From: a virus
Taxonomy: Duplodnaviria; Caudoviricetes
DNA length: 45,179 nt
Direction: 5' to 3' (one strand)
Virus record (IMG/VR): IMGVR_UViG_3300020215_000075
Location: 1 to 45,179 of that record
Position numbers and translations under genes: made by a program. This document shows, piece after piece, positions 36,617 through 45,179 of the stretch (position 1 is the stretch's first letter; every line of letters starts with the position of its first letter). A model generated the notes under the pieces. The model was given only the letters and a program-made list of their open reading frames with translations, was not told the origin of the DNA and searched no databases.

Positions 36617-36804
36617 GAGCAATAATCCGCATAACTTCGATACACGATCGTTCCATCCGCCGCCCTCCAGCGTCGAGGTGGCGGGTCATCGCCGCTCCAT
36701 TGATATTCAGGCGGATAGGTGCTGGCGACGTATTCGAACAAACAGGCACGTTCTGGTCTGCAACCAGAACATTCTTCCTCTGGACAGTATCTCTCTATGG
36801 CCAT
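36613..36804 (-). CDS. Hypothetical small protein
   Basis: Ends VYRSYADYCS; overlaps its neighbours. Confidence 0.55.
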   Translation of the reverse strand: MAIERYCPEEECSGCRPERACLFEYVASTYPPEYQWSGDDPPPRRWRAADGTIVYRSYADYCS

Positions 36805-36995
36805 GGTTCCACCAACTTCCATTTCTTTACGAATCGCTTCGCGCCTTCTTTATCGGTGTCTCTTGTGAACCGGCGTGGCCAGCGTAATTGTGAATTTGGA
36901 TAGTAGACATCCACGATCCAGGACAATCGATAATGATCCTTACCGATCTTGTGAACACGATGGAGTTTACTTTTTGTTGTTGAGTACCGTCCCAT
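36795..36995 (-). CDS. Hypothetical small basic protein
   Basis: GGTGGA RBS; 66 aa. Confidence 0.55.
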   Translation of the reverse strand: MGRYSTTKSKLHRVHKIGKDHYRLSWIVDVYYPNSQLRWPRRFTRDTDKEGAKRFVKKWKLVEPWP

Positions 36996-37744
36996 AGTCC
37001 ACCAACGTGATCGGTCTCGGCTTGTATCCCTTCTCCTTCAGCCTGCCGCCGATGTTGTATTTGTCGGAACTGGTTTTCGCGCTCTTCAACAATTCACGCA
37101 ATCGCTGTTCCTTGGTCCGAGGACCTTTTCGCCCCTTGTTCATTTCGCCATCTCGTTTTCCGCTTCTATCATATACCGTTCAAACTCCTTCTCCGGGATG
37201 GCCAGAAGAAACAACCGGAGAAACGTCCAACGGAGCATCTCGTTTGGATCAACCACTCTGTTTCGACGGTCAGTGACCATCCTCACCGCTTCGCCTTTTG
37301 TCATCCCCTCGCCTCCATGTTAGAAACAATCCACTGTGCCGTATCTTCCGGTGTCTTGAACGGCCACTTCGGTCGGCTATCGTTCATGGATATTCCCGCC
37401 TCTTCATCATCGCATCCGCGTACCTATAAGCGAGCGCCGCGGCGATTTCTTCGATGGATTTGCGGTCACCTAATAGTTCTGTGATGTCACGATCATTCGC
37501 TTCCGCGGCCTTCAACCAAGCCAACTCCATGCACTGACAAGCGAACATGTCCCGTAGTGTTATATCGTCGATCACTGCATCATCTCCTTTCATTTCTGCG
37601 GCATCTCGAAACATTTGGAAATCACAAGCCCATTCGATGTCGCCAACATCTCCTGTGCCGTGCGGCATTGCGAATAGCTCGGATATCCTGGAATCAGGAT
37701 CGCGCCGCCATAGATCGTCGCAATGACGAAAGCCCATGTGATCA

Positions 37745-38026
37745 TCATTTCCTCCGCATCATCCTGTAGAGACCATCTTTGCTGCACTCGATCGTGGTCC
37801 GAGTTCCGGCGAGCAAGTCCCGCAATTGCCCGACATGAACCTTGACGCACTGCACCTGACGTTTCTTGTTCTCCGAGTTCGGGAAGTGTATCCAACCGAG
37901 CGTTTCAGCATCGATCCCGTTCTTCCCGGAATGCATGATCGAATCGTAAAGTTCAGCCTTCAATGGCGAGAGCGGCACGCCTTCGCGGACCAGTATTCTT
38001 TGCCCGCAGGCTTCACAGATCGTCAC
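37745..38026 (-). CDS. CxxC plus OmpR-type winged-helix protein
   Basis: CEACGQ...LSPLKAELY...VKVHVGQLRDLL...GLYRM. Confidence 0.65.
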   Translation of the reverse strand: MTICEACGQRILVREGVPLSPLKAELYDSIMHSGKNGIDAETLGWIHFPNSENKKRQVQCVKVHVGQLRDLLAGTRTTIECSKDGLYRMMRRK

Positions 38027-38249
38027 CCTCTATCCCCTTCTCGATCGCATTGGCCAGACATCCGAGGATCATGGCGGTAGCGCCGAGCGCCGCGTTGCTT
38101 GCCACCCATTCATTTGGAGTTCGTTTCTGTTCCTCCTGTGCCTCGATTGATCCTTCACGCAAGTCCGCCGCGACCTTTCGCCAGTTCATTTGTGCTTCAT
38201 CCTCCTGGTCAACTCGTCTTCCATCTCTTTTTGAATGCGTGAATAACAT
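38013..38249 (-). CDS. Hypothetical small protein
   Basis: Probable start MNWRK after GGAGG. Confidence 0.5.
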   Translation of the reverse strand: MLFTHSKRDGRRVDQEDEAQMNWRKVAADLREGSIEAQEEQKRTPNEWVASNAALGATAMILGCLANAIEKGIEGDDL

Positions 38250-38375
38250 TCATTGCATAACAGAGCTTCGACTGAACCTCTTCTAAAGTTGACAAACGCG
38301 GGGTTCACTTTATTCCCATCGAATTTCGTGAAGACGTAGAAGTCACACCCCAATGCATCGCATCGAAATCGAACA

Positions 38376-38558
38376 TCAACACCCATCTCGTGACTCCTTA
38401 ATTGCAAGATAGATCATGATATAAAGAAAGAAGAAGGCTCCAACTCCAAATCCAACAATAAGGAATAATCCGTTCGTCAACACACATAACCAAATGAACA
38501 GTGCAAAGCCGACAAAAAACCCGATTGTTAATAGATGATTAATCATCGCGTTTCTCAT
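38376..38558 (-). CDS. Small membrane protein
   Basis: Two hydrophobic segments. Confidence 0.55.
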   Translation of the reverse strand: MRNAMINHLLTIGFFVGFALFIWLCVLTNGLFLIVGFGVGAFFFLYIMIYLAIKESRDGC

Positions 38559-39509
38559 TTCAGCGCCACCATGAAGAACAAGGTACTGACGATCATGCTG
38601 AAGTAGACCATCAATGACGATGGCACCGTGTTGTTGATCATCTTTGACAACAACAACGCCGCCGTGACCGCCGCTATCCCCGCCGTGACTGGATGCATCA
38701 CACTTCCCCTATACGTTCCTTTACCTTTTCCGCTTCCTCTCCTTCCAAGGTCGCTGGCTCTTCGAAGAGAAAACACATCACATTCAACTTGTCGGCGTGA
38801 TCAGGACCGAAGCAATCGTCGGAAACGACAAGATGTGCGCCACCTTTCTTGGATAGATACAGACCAGTTGCCCTGTCCCCGTATTTTGTCGTGAAGACTA
38901 CCGGTGTTCCGCGCTTCATCAAGGTGTCCTCCCCGTCAGCAACACGACAAGTGCGATGAACAAACTGATACAACCACCTAAACCTAGTATCGTAAGCATA
39001 AGGACATAGGCAATGGACGCCGCGTGAGGCATCGTTTTGACGATGTCGGATGGGATGTACAGGAGATGGAAGAGCAACGGGAACCCGACCGTCCCGATCC
39101 CCGCCATCAACACAGTTCTCATTTGTCCAACTCCACGTGCGCGATCCCAAGCGCCAAGGCTATCGTTTCGAGCGTGCGTTCGTCCCACATCTTGGAAAGC
39201 GTATCGATAACCGGATGGATCAGTTTCAACCGGTCAACGACCGCCTTCCGCATTTCCTCTTTCTCTGTCATTATGTAATCCCTTCACCCAAGTCGTACAG
39301 ATACAGCGTTACCGGTTCGTCGAACGCTTCAGCCCACCGTGTAGCGTAGTACAAAGAGCATTCCGCCAGTTCGTCATAGTCAGGAAACCGTTTTTCGGAA
39401 TGATACTGATCGGCATCCTCACACGAATTGTCGTGCGACAGATGTTCGACAATCGCCGTGATCTTCTTCCATCGATACGGCCTCTTACGACGATCGATGA
39501 TGTTGCCGA

Positions 39510-39722
39510 TCAATGCTTCGCTCCTTCTGTGTTCTCCAGTTGCGCGCCCATAAACAGAGCGTGCCATAGCTCGATCAGCGGCATCGGTGCGCTGCCGCCG
39601 AAATGCACTTCGACAAATCCACCGACATCGACAAAGGCCACAAGGATCGCGCCGCGAGCGCCGACCTTCTGTGCGGCTTCGTCGGCTGCTTCCGAAATCT
39701 TATCCTGCAACTCGTTTTCCAT
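39510..39722 (-). CDS. Hypothetical small protein
   Basis: GAGGG RBS; 70 aa. Confidence 0.5.
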   Translation of the reverse strand: MENELQDKISEAADEAAQKVGARGAILVAFVDVGGFVEVHFGGSAPMPLIELWHALFMGAQLENTEGAKH

Positions 39723-39906
39723 CTGCCCTCATAATGAGTTCATAGGTTTCGACAAACCGCCCGATCGGGCTCATGATCACTTCGTCCGGGTCGTCAACAC
39801 GCCTGAACACTACAAATTTCTTTTCTTTATCCACCGCCACCGTGATGACACGGAACACCATGCCACCCACATTCCGGTAAACCTCTCCCGCTTTTACCCG
39901 CGTCAT
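39700..39906 (-). CDS. DUF1653-like SH3-fold protein
   Basis: GEVYRN..GMVFRVITVA...VVFR...PIGRF. Confidence 0.6.
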   Translation of the reverse strand: MTRVKAGEVYRNVGGMVFRVITVAVDKEKKFVVFRRVDDPDEVIMSPIGRFVETYELIMRADGKRVAG

Positions 39907-40059
39907 TTCTGTTTCCTTATTTATTTAATGCGATCGCTGCGGCGATCAAGTACAGCGCTGCGGTTTGGTAATGGTCGACATTCCAAGGCGATCGCCAGAT
40001 GGCCACCAGATGCATCAGCACCATGATGACGGCCAAAGTCCCGAGTATATCGAGTATCA

Positions 40060-42372
40060 TCAAAGTCCAATGATGATCGATGGGTCGAGTGGCCGTAGTC
40101 TTTCATCCGGTTTCATGTTGTCGTTACATAAAACCCCTGGCGGTTTACTTGCCAGTTCCGCCGATGTTGAGATGATACGCGCCCCAAGTGCCGCTTTGCT
40201 GCAATTTAACCAGTCTTTTACTTTCGCTCTTGTTTCCCCGATATACCACCCCTCTGCCTTGGCGAGCTTGCGGATCGTCGCCGGTTTCTCGATCCTATCG
40301 TTGTGATGGCCCTCGTAAAGTTCGTCCTTGATGAATTGCACAAGCTGGTTGTCGAGGAAGATCACATGCCCGTTCTTGACGTAGCCGCGCTCAGTTAACC
40401 GCTTCATCATTTCCGGATCGTTGAGGCTTTCCCGCGTGCGCTCCAACAAGTCCGAGACCAGCCGCATGCCGGGCGAGTATCCTTCCTTGATGATTTCCAG
40501 CTTGGTATCCGAGATGGGGGCCGAATCGCCGCGCTCGACCGGGGCATGCTCCTTCAGGAAGAGTTTCGCCCAATTCTTGATCGCGCCGAGGCCGTCCTGG
40601 TTGGAAAGCCAATAATTCAGTTTCTCCCAATAGGCGGTGCCGCGTCGTTCTTCGGTGACCTTGGGGACGAACCAGCGTCGATCATGGTTCGAGAGTTTCA
40701 GCGCTCGCATGGAGTTCGAACAGGCGAGAATGTGAACCCAATTTTCGATGTCATAGCTGGCGAGATATTTCTGGTTTACCGTGATCGTTCGATCGGTGAT
40801 GATCGACTTCAGGCGATTGTACGCCTTGGCGGAATGCCCGGCGTAAATCTCATGCACAACAGCGAGGCGCTTGTGAGCGAGCCAATAGTTGTAGTTCGAA
40901 TCGACAATGTCGCCTTCGGACGGATAGGAGACGTTCTGTTCGCCCATCAGCGGAGCGAGGATGCGTTCCCCGAGCGTACCCTTGCCGACGCCTTGCATCT
41001 CGGAAATCAGCAGCACGCCATACAGCATCTTGATGTCGGGACGGGCGATCAGTGTGGCGAGCCAGCGCAGCAGTTCGATCCGGTCTTTTTCTACCGGAAT
41101 CAGATGCTCGATATAGTCGAGGAACGGCTGCGGGTTTTTCTTGACTGCCTCGATCGGGGAGGGGACATGGGTATTGCAGAACAATCCGCTTTCGATCGAG
41201 CCGAAGATTCCTGACGGCAGCGCCGGGGAATATTTCAGCACGGCCGATTTCGACGCGCCGTCCTGCATCAGCAGTGTCGCGGTGTCCTTCACGTCAGAGT
41301 ATGGCGATACCCAATTGTTGAATTCCTTGACGGCGAGAATGCGATCCGGCCAATCCTTGTGAACGAAGACTTCCGGCCGCACGCAATGAAACCATTCTTC
41401 GCGGAAGTCTCTTAGCAACCGCACCTCACCCTTGCCTTTGCCTCCGGTATAGATGCGTTCGGTGGCGCGGGTTGCGGGCTGGATCAGGCTCTTGAACCGA
41501 GGTCCGATGTACTTTTCCCCCGCGAACATTTCGGGCGGGAATTGATCGGCCAAATCCCAGGTATCCTTCCAGCGTTGGTCGAAGCGCACCCCCTTCATAG
41601 AGCGCCCGTAATAGCGTGAGACGTCTTGCAGCGCCGCGCGGCCGGGCCAATCGTTGTCGCAGACATAGATGACTTCCATCGGTTGCTCGCGATGGAGTTC
41701 AAGATAATTGGTGCGATGCGGGGAGAGCGCGCCGCCGATCATTCCCCAATGCTCGTAATTCACGATGTCATCGCGCCACGGATGACGTTCCAGTTCTTCG
41801 CGACGATCGGGATTGTTGATCAGATCGTCCAGGAAGGCGGCGGGCTTAGCGCCCTCATGGATCATGAAGCGTGACAGTCCGCGCGATGTCTTCGGTTTCC
41901 AGAACGGCAGCGGCCCTTCCGGTTCCATGTTGCGCCACTGTCCGTCCGACCAATAGGACCATGGGTGATAGCTCTTCGGCTTGCCGCTGTGTTCGCGGCG
42001 CTCTTGCACCATGATGATTTCGCCGGAAGCGCGGTCATAGAGTTCGAATAGCTTCGATGATGCTGCGACTTCCGGCAGCAGACGATCGGTTGTTTTCGCG
42101 GTGACCGACTGCGGGAAGGTACAGCGTAAAAGCTCGCGCTCGATTTCTGCCTTCTCTTCCTTGGTCGGAGCGTATTCGTCTTTTGAAACACGTATCTCGC
42201 CGCCGTCCCATTGGATCAACACGCGTTCGATGTAGTAGTTGCCTTGGTATTCCTTCACCATGGCACGCTTGAAGTTCAACACTTCCGCGCCGATGCGGCG
42301 CAGATATGCTTCTAGCGCCTGTGGAAGTGCGAATGTTTCCCGGCGCGGCTTTGTTTGTTTTTGGCGTGCCAC
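40060..42372 (-). CDS. Primase-helicase (TOPRIM plus SF3/DUF5906-type helicase)
   Basis: IHEG and CDND TOPRIM motifs; QGVGKGT Walker A, VVHE, SNS...DRRW. Confidence 0.85.
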   Translation of the reverse strand: MARQKQTKPRRETFALPQALEAYLRRIGAEVLNFKRAMVKEYQGNYYIERVLIQWDGGEIRVSKDEYAPTKEEKAEIERELLRCTFPQSVTAKTTDRLLPEVAASSKLFELYDRASGEIIMVQERREHSGKPKSYHPWSYWSDGQWRNMEPEGPLPFWKPKTSRGLSRFMIHEGAKPAAFLDDLINNPDRREELERHPWRDDIVNYEHWGMIGGALSPHRTNYLELHREQPMEVIYVCDNDWPGRAALQDVSRYYGRSMKGVRFDQRWKDTWDLADQFPPEMFAGEKYIGPRFKSLIQPATRATERIYTGGKGKGEVRLLRDFREEWFHCVRPEVFVHKDWPDRILAVKEFNNWVSPYSDVKDTATLLMQDGASKSAVLKYSPALPSGIFGSIESGLFCNTHVPSPIEAVKKNPQPFLDYIEHLIPVEKDRIELLRWLATLIARPDIKMLYGVLLISEMQGVGKGTLGERILAPLMGEQNVSYPSEGDIVDSNYNYWLAHKRLAVVHEIYAGHSAKAYNRLKSIITDRTITVNQKYLASYDIENWVHILACSNSMRALKLSNHDRRWFVPKVTEERRGTAYWEKLNYWLSNQDGLGAIKNWAKLFLKEHAPVERGDSAPISDTKLEIIKEGYSPGMRLVSDLLERTRESLNDPEMMKRLTERGYVKNGHVIFLDNQLVQFIKDELYEGHHNDRIEKPATIRKLAKAEGWYIGETRAKVKDWLNCSKAALGARIISTSAELASKPPGVLCNDNMKPDERLRPLDPSIIIGL

Positions 42373-42749
42373 TAACGCATGTTCCAGGGTTTGAAGTTAT
42401 GGATCGCTTCCGGGTCGGGCCATGTTCCATCGAACGGGATGGCACGATCGTCGATCGAGACTTTTGCTGGCGGCTTGCTGCGTGGCCATTTGATTTGATC
42501 GGCCCATGGACCTTCCAGGTCTGCGTCGATCAGTGCGGCCGAAAGCCATAGCTGCATTGCGAGGATGCCGTTCTCTTCGTTCGATCGTGACGAATAGATA
42601 TGAACCTCCAGCCCCGACTCGACGTAGCGCTTCAGCGCTTCCAATGCTCCAGGTACAGGTGGATCAATGATTACGTCAGCGCCTTTCCATCCGGACTTGT
42701 ATGAGTGCAGGACTCCGTCGAAGTCCAGGCATAGGATCGGTTTCCTCAT
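42372..42749 (-). CDS. HAD-superfamily hydrolase-like protein
   Basis: LDFDGVLHSY, IYSSR, KPP...IDDRA. Confidence 0.75.
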   Translation of the reverse strand: MRKPILCLDFDGVLHSYKSGWKGADVIIDPPVPGALEALKRYVESGLEVHIYSSRSNEENGILAMQLWLSAALIDADLEGPWADQIKWPRSKPPAKVSIDDRAIPFDGTWPDPEAIHNFKPWNMR

Positions 42750-43204
42750 TCTCCTTCTCCCAAGTTAATGACTTTGATTCCGTGCGCCTGAGCTACGCGA
42801 ATCGCAGTTGCGGTGCCTCCGATCGTAAGACCGGAAGGCGTCCAACAAATCAACTCCTCCGATGGCGTCGATAAATCCGCCCCCAAAACCTGATGAATAT
42901 TCCGTGCATGCAGCAATCGAAGCGTGGAACTAAGCCACGCGCCCCTCGAATGAAACTTAGGTACAAGTGCAATTGCTTGGGCCGAAGGCACAAGGCGGCT
43001 ATGGTGGCCATTAAACCCGATCCAAGGCAACCAAATTTCTGTGAATTCACCAGCACCTTTTTCAAAGGCTGTGTCTGCACCGTCCGCGCCGCCCGATCGG
43101 AGGATGTAACCAAGTTTGGCTTTTTCCTTGGCGATCAAAGTCATGCGGTGCAAAACCTCGACCGGCGTTGATCGTGATCCGACGCCTGTGTAATAGCGGT
43201 GCAT
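42746..43204 (-). CDS. SLOG/DprA-like nucleotide-binding protein
   Basis: YTGVGSR, LRSGGADGAD..FE, ARN, GGTATA. Confidence 0.75.
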   Translation of the reverse strand: MHRYYTGVGSRSTPVEVLHRMTLIAKEKAKLGYILRSGGADGADTAFEKGAGEFTEIWLPWIGFNGHHSRLVPSAQAIALVPKFHSRGAWLSSTLRLLHARNIHQVLGADLSTPSEELICWTPSGLTIGGTATAIRVAQAHGIKVINLGEGE

Positions 43205-43307
43205 AACGTCCCTCCCCGGACCCGCACGGTTACAGCAAAAGAAAATAAGATTTGCAATCCTCTTCGCGATTTGGATAGATAGCGAATCAGGAAAGGGGAA
43301 ATTCCTA

Positions 43308-43922
43308 ATGACGACACAACCGAGCGCGGCGCTCGCGAAGCGTTTTGCGCAGTCAGAACGTGTAGTTTCCAGTGATAAACTGGAAAAAGTAAGAGAACTT
43401 GTCGATCAGGCTCGTGATTTTGAAAAAGAAATCGAAGACCTGGAAGAGCGGTTGAACAATAAAAGAAAAGAACTACACGCTCTGTACCATGAGACCATTC
43501 CGGCCATCATGTCGGATATTGGAACCGACCGTGTTGGGCTTCCGCCGAAGGGCAATCTTCCTGGTGTCGATGTGAAGTTGCAGCGATTCTACAGCGCCAA
43601 CATTGCAGCGGCATGGCCGGAAGAGAAGCGGCAGGCGGCCTTCCAGGTATTGGAGAAGACCGGCAACGGCGACCTGATCAAGACACAGTTGATCTTCAGT
43701 TTCCCGCGTGAAGAGCGGAAGAAGGCGGTCGCTGCGTACAAGGCTTTCATGAAGCAATACAAGAAAGCCGGTGGTGAAGTACGCGAATCAGTTCACTCCG
43801 GGACGCTGAAGGCTTGGCTCAAGGATCAAGTCGAGTCCGGAAAGTTTCTTTCGCAGGAAACCTTGGAAGCGATCGGTGGCACTGTCGGCCACATCGCCGT
43901 GTTGAAGGAGCGGAAGGAATGA
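43308..43922 (+). CDS. Conserved phage replication-module protein
   Basis: AAAGGGG RBS; coiled coil then IPAIM...GDLIK...VHSGTLKAW. Confidence 0.7.
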   Translation: MTTQPSAALAKRFAQSERVVSSDKLEKVRELVDQARDFEKEIEDLEERLNNKRKELHALYHETIPAIMSDIGTDRVGLPPKGNLPGVDVKLQRFYSANIAAAWPEEKRQAAFQVLEKTGNGDLIKTQLIFSFPREERKKAVAAYKAFMKQYKKAGGEVRESVHSGTLKAWLKDQVESGKFLSQETLEAIGGTVGHIAVLKERKE

Positions 43923-44170
43923 TTTCGTTTCGTGTTTTTCTCGACGGCGAAGGAGCGTTCAAGGATATTCCGCAAGAACGCGTGGTCGAGGGTGCGCTTA
44001 CACACGCCGCCTGTCTGGCTAATGGAACGAAATCCGGCCGTCCATCCGTATCTTTCCTGATCGAGATGCCGGATGGCAGTTACGTATTGACACAGACAAC
44101 GGCTAGGTTGCTGGTCAGTCTGTCGAAGATGATCGAAGCCAAATGGCCGGGGGTGTTGGATGGAAACTAA
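43919..44170 (+). CDS. Hypothetical protein
   Basis: ATGA-coupled; GTKSGRPSV. Confidence 0.6.
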   Translation: MISFRVFLDGEGAFKDIPQERVVEGALTHAACLANGTKSGRPSVSFLIEMPDGSYVLTQTTARLLVSLSKMIEAKWPGVLDGN

Positions 44171-44311
44171 TAAACGATACTCAATCGAGGAGTGCAACAA
44201 CGGTTGGATCGTCAAGATCACGGAAACCGGAAATGATAAGTTTGTCGGCAGGTATGTCTTCACATATCTTGGTGAGCTTATGGAGTTCCTGACTAAGCAA
44301 TTGGAGCCGAA

Positions 44312-44527
44312 GTGACAACCGCTAAACAAGCTCGGGCCGCGCTTCAAAAAGTCCATGACGATGAACCGGTCTTCGTCTTGCGCGCACAGGACTCACTCGC
44401 CGCTGATCTTGTCGAACTTTGGGCCATTCACGCTCGCATGGCTGGTTGCAACAACGACAAGGTCCGCGGTGCCGCAGACATTGCAGAGGAGATGCGGCGA
44501 TGGCCGATACGGAAGATTCCAGACTGA
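44312..44527 (+). CDS. Conserved small phage protein
   Basis: DEPVFVLRAQD..A...V..W; GGAG RBS. Confidence 0.7.
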   Translation: MTTAKQARAALQKVHDDEPVFVLRAQDSLAADLVELWAIHARMAGCNNDKVRGAADIAEEMRRWPIRKIPD

Positions 44528-44738
44528 AAGAGGTTGAACTGGTAATCGATCAATTATCGAATCGTTTCGATGATATCGAAAACAAAGCCGCTTTGATGTG
44601 CGCACTCGTAACATATGCAGCCACCATGTACGGAAAACGTATCTGTTGTGAGGAGCACATGGCGATTGGTTCCGCTGCATTCTGCGGAATGTTTGTATCA
44701 ACAGCGTTAGAAACTTTTACGAAACGAAAGGCGCATTA

Positions 44739-45020
44739 ATGGGTGAAGCCAAGCGCAAACGTCTGTTGGGGATAGGCCCGACACATCTTAATCCAAACCT
44801 CGACATGGATGATGCGATTGCTGACTTTGAACGCCATGTTGAAGCTGGAGAAGTTAAAGGCTTCGTTCAGATCGCGCTCCTGGAAAAGATTGCCGAAGGC
44901 GTTGCTCCGGTCAAAATGTGGACCTTCGGTGTGGAGAAGAGTGAAGCTTATGACATGCTGTGCATGATGAAGAAGTCCATGGAAGACACAATGGGGTTTA
45001 AGGAGAAAGAGAATGGCTAA
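44739..45020 (+). CDS. Hypothetical protein
   Basis: MGEAKRKR start; AAAGG RBS. Confidence 0.6.
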   Translation: MGEAKRKRLLGIGPTHLNPNLDMDDAIADFERHVEAGEVKGFVQIALLEKIAEGVAPVKMWTFGVEKSEAYDMLCMMKKSMEDTMGFKEKENG

Positions 45021-45179
45021 GACTGCGACCAAGAATAAGCCGAGCGTTCCGGCTGTTGCGACACGACGCAATGAAGTTGCAAAGGCCGGTGACGAACCAG
45101 CCTTTCTCTCTGAACGCAAGATGACCGGTGCCGGTATCAGCACCGATCAAGCCGACAATCTTATTCCGATGGCGCGTGT
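45013..45179 (+). CDS. Partial ORF, possibly an SSB-like replication protein
   Basis: AGGAG upstream; MAKTATK...GAGISTDQADNLIPMAR runs off the window. Confidence 0.5.
   Translation, partial: MAKTATKNKPSVPAVATRRNEVAKAGDEPAFLSERKMTGAGISTDQADNLIPMAR

Noticed and set aside
43252-43281. Sigma70-like promoter (TTGCAA...TAGAT) in the divergent gap
   Set aside because: Plausible position but the -10 match is too weak to call

Overview
A 45-kb segment of a podovirus-type dsDNA phage genome (T7/BPP-1-like portal, scaffold, capsid, tail tube A/B and ejection-protein layout). All assignments come from motifs read by eye and gene order; no searches were run. One long minus-strand late region runs NusG/RfaH paralog > ops-like element > TerS > tRNA-Gln > TerL > pseudaminic-acid-type (nonulosonic acid) biosynthesis genes interleaved with tiny ORFs > portal > scaffold > capsid > decoration protein > sialyltransferase/Maf-like gene > tail > ejection proteins. 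The last ejection gene is a >2672-aa ORF (8016 to <1) missing from the ORF track. It carries cargo domains (zeta-type kinase, SAM-lyase-like, two ADP-ribosyltransferase-like, one unknown) separated by [LF]-x-Q motifs, upstream of an HExxH zincin core. Two cargos have small overprinted +1-frame ORFs whose stop codons fall on the cassette borders. From 35.7 to 43.2 kb are small minus-strand ORFs, a primase-helicase, a HAD and a SLOG gene; a divergent plus-strand block starts at 43.3 kb. The best candidates for undescribed systems are (1) virion glycosylation with a phage-made nonulosonic acid, (2) injected effector cassettes with nested inhibitors, and (3) RfaH/ops-type control of a phage late operon.
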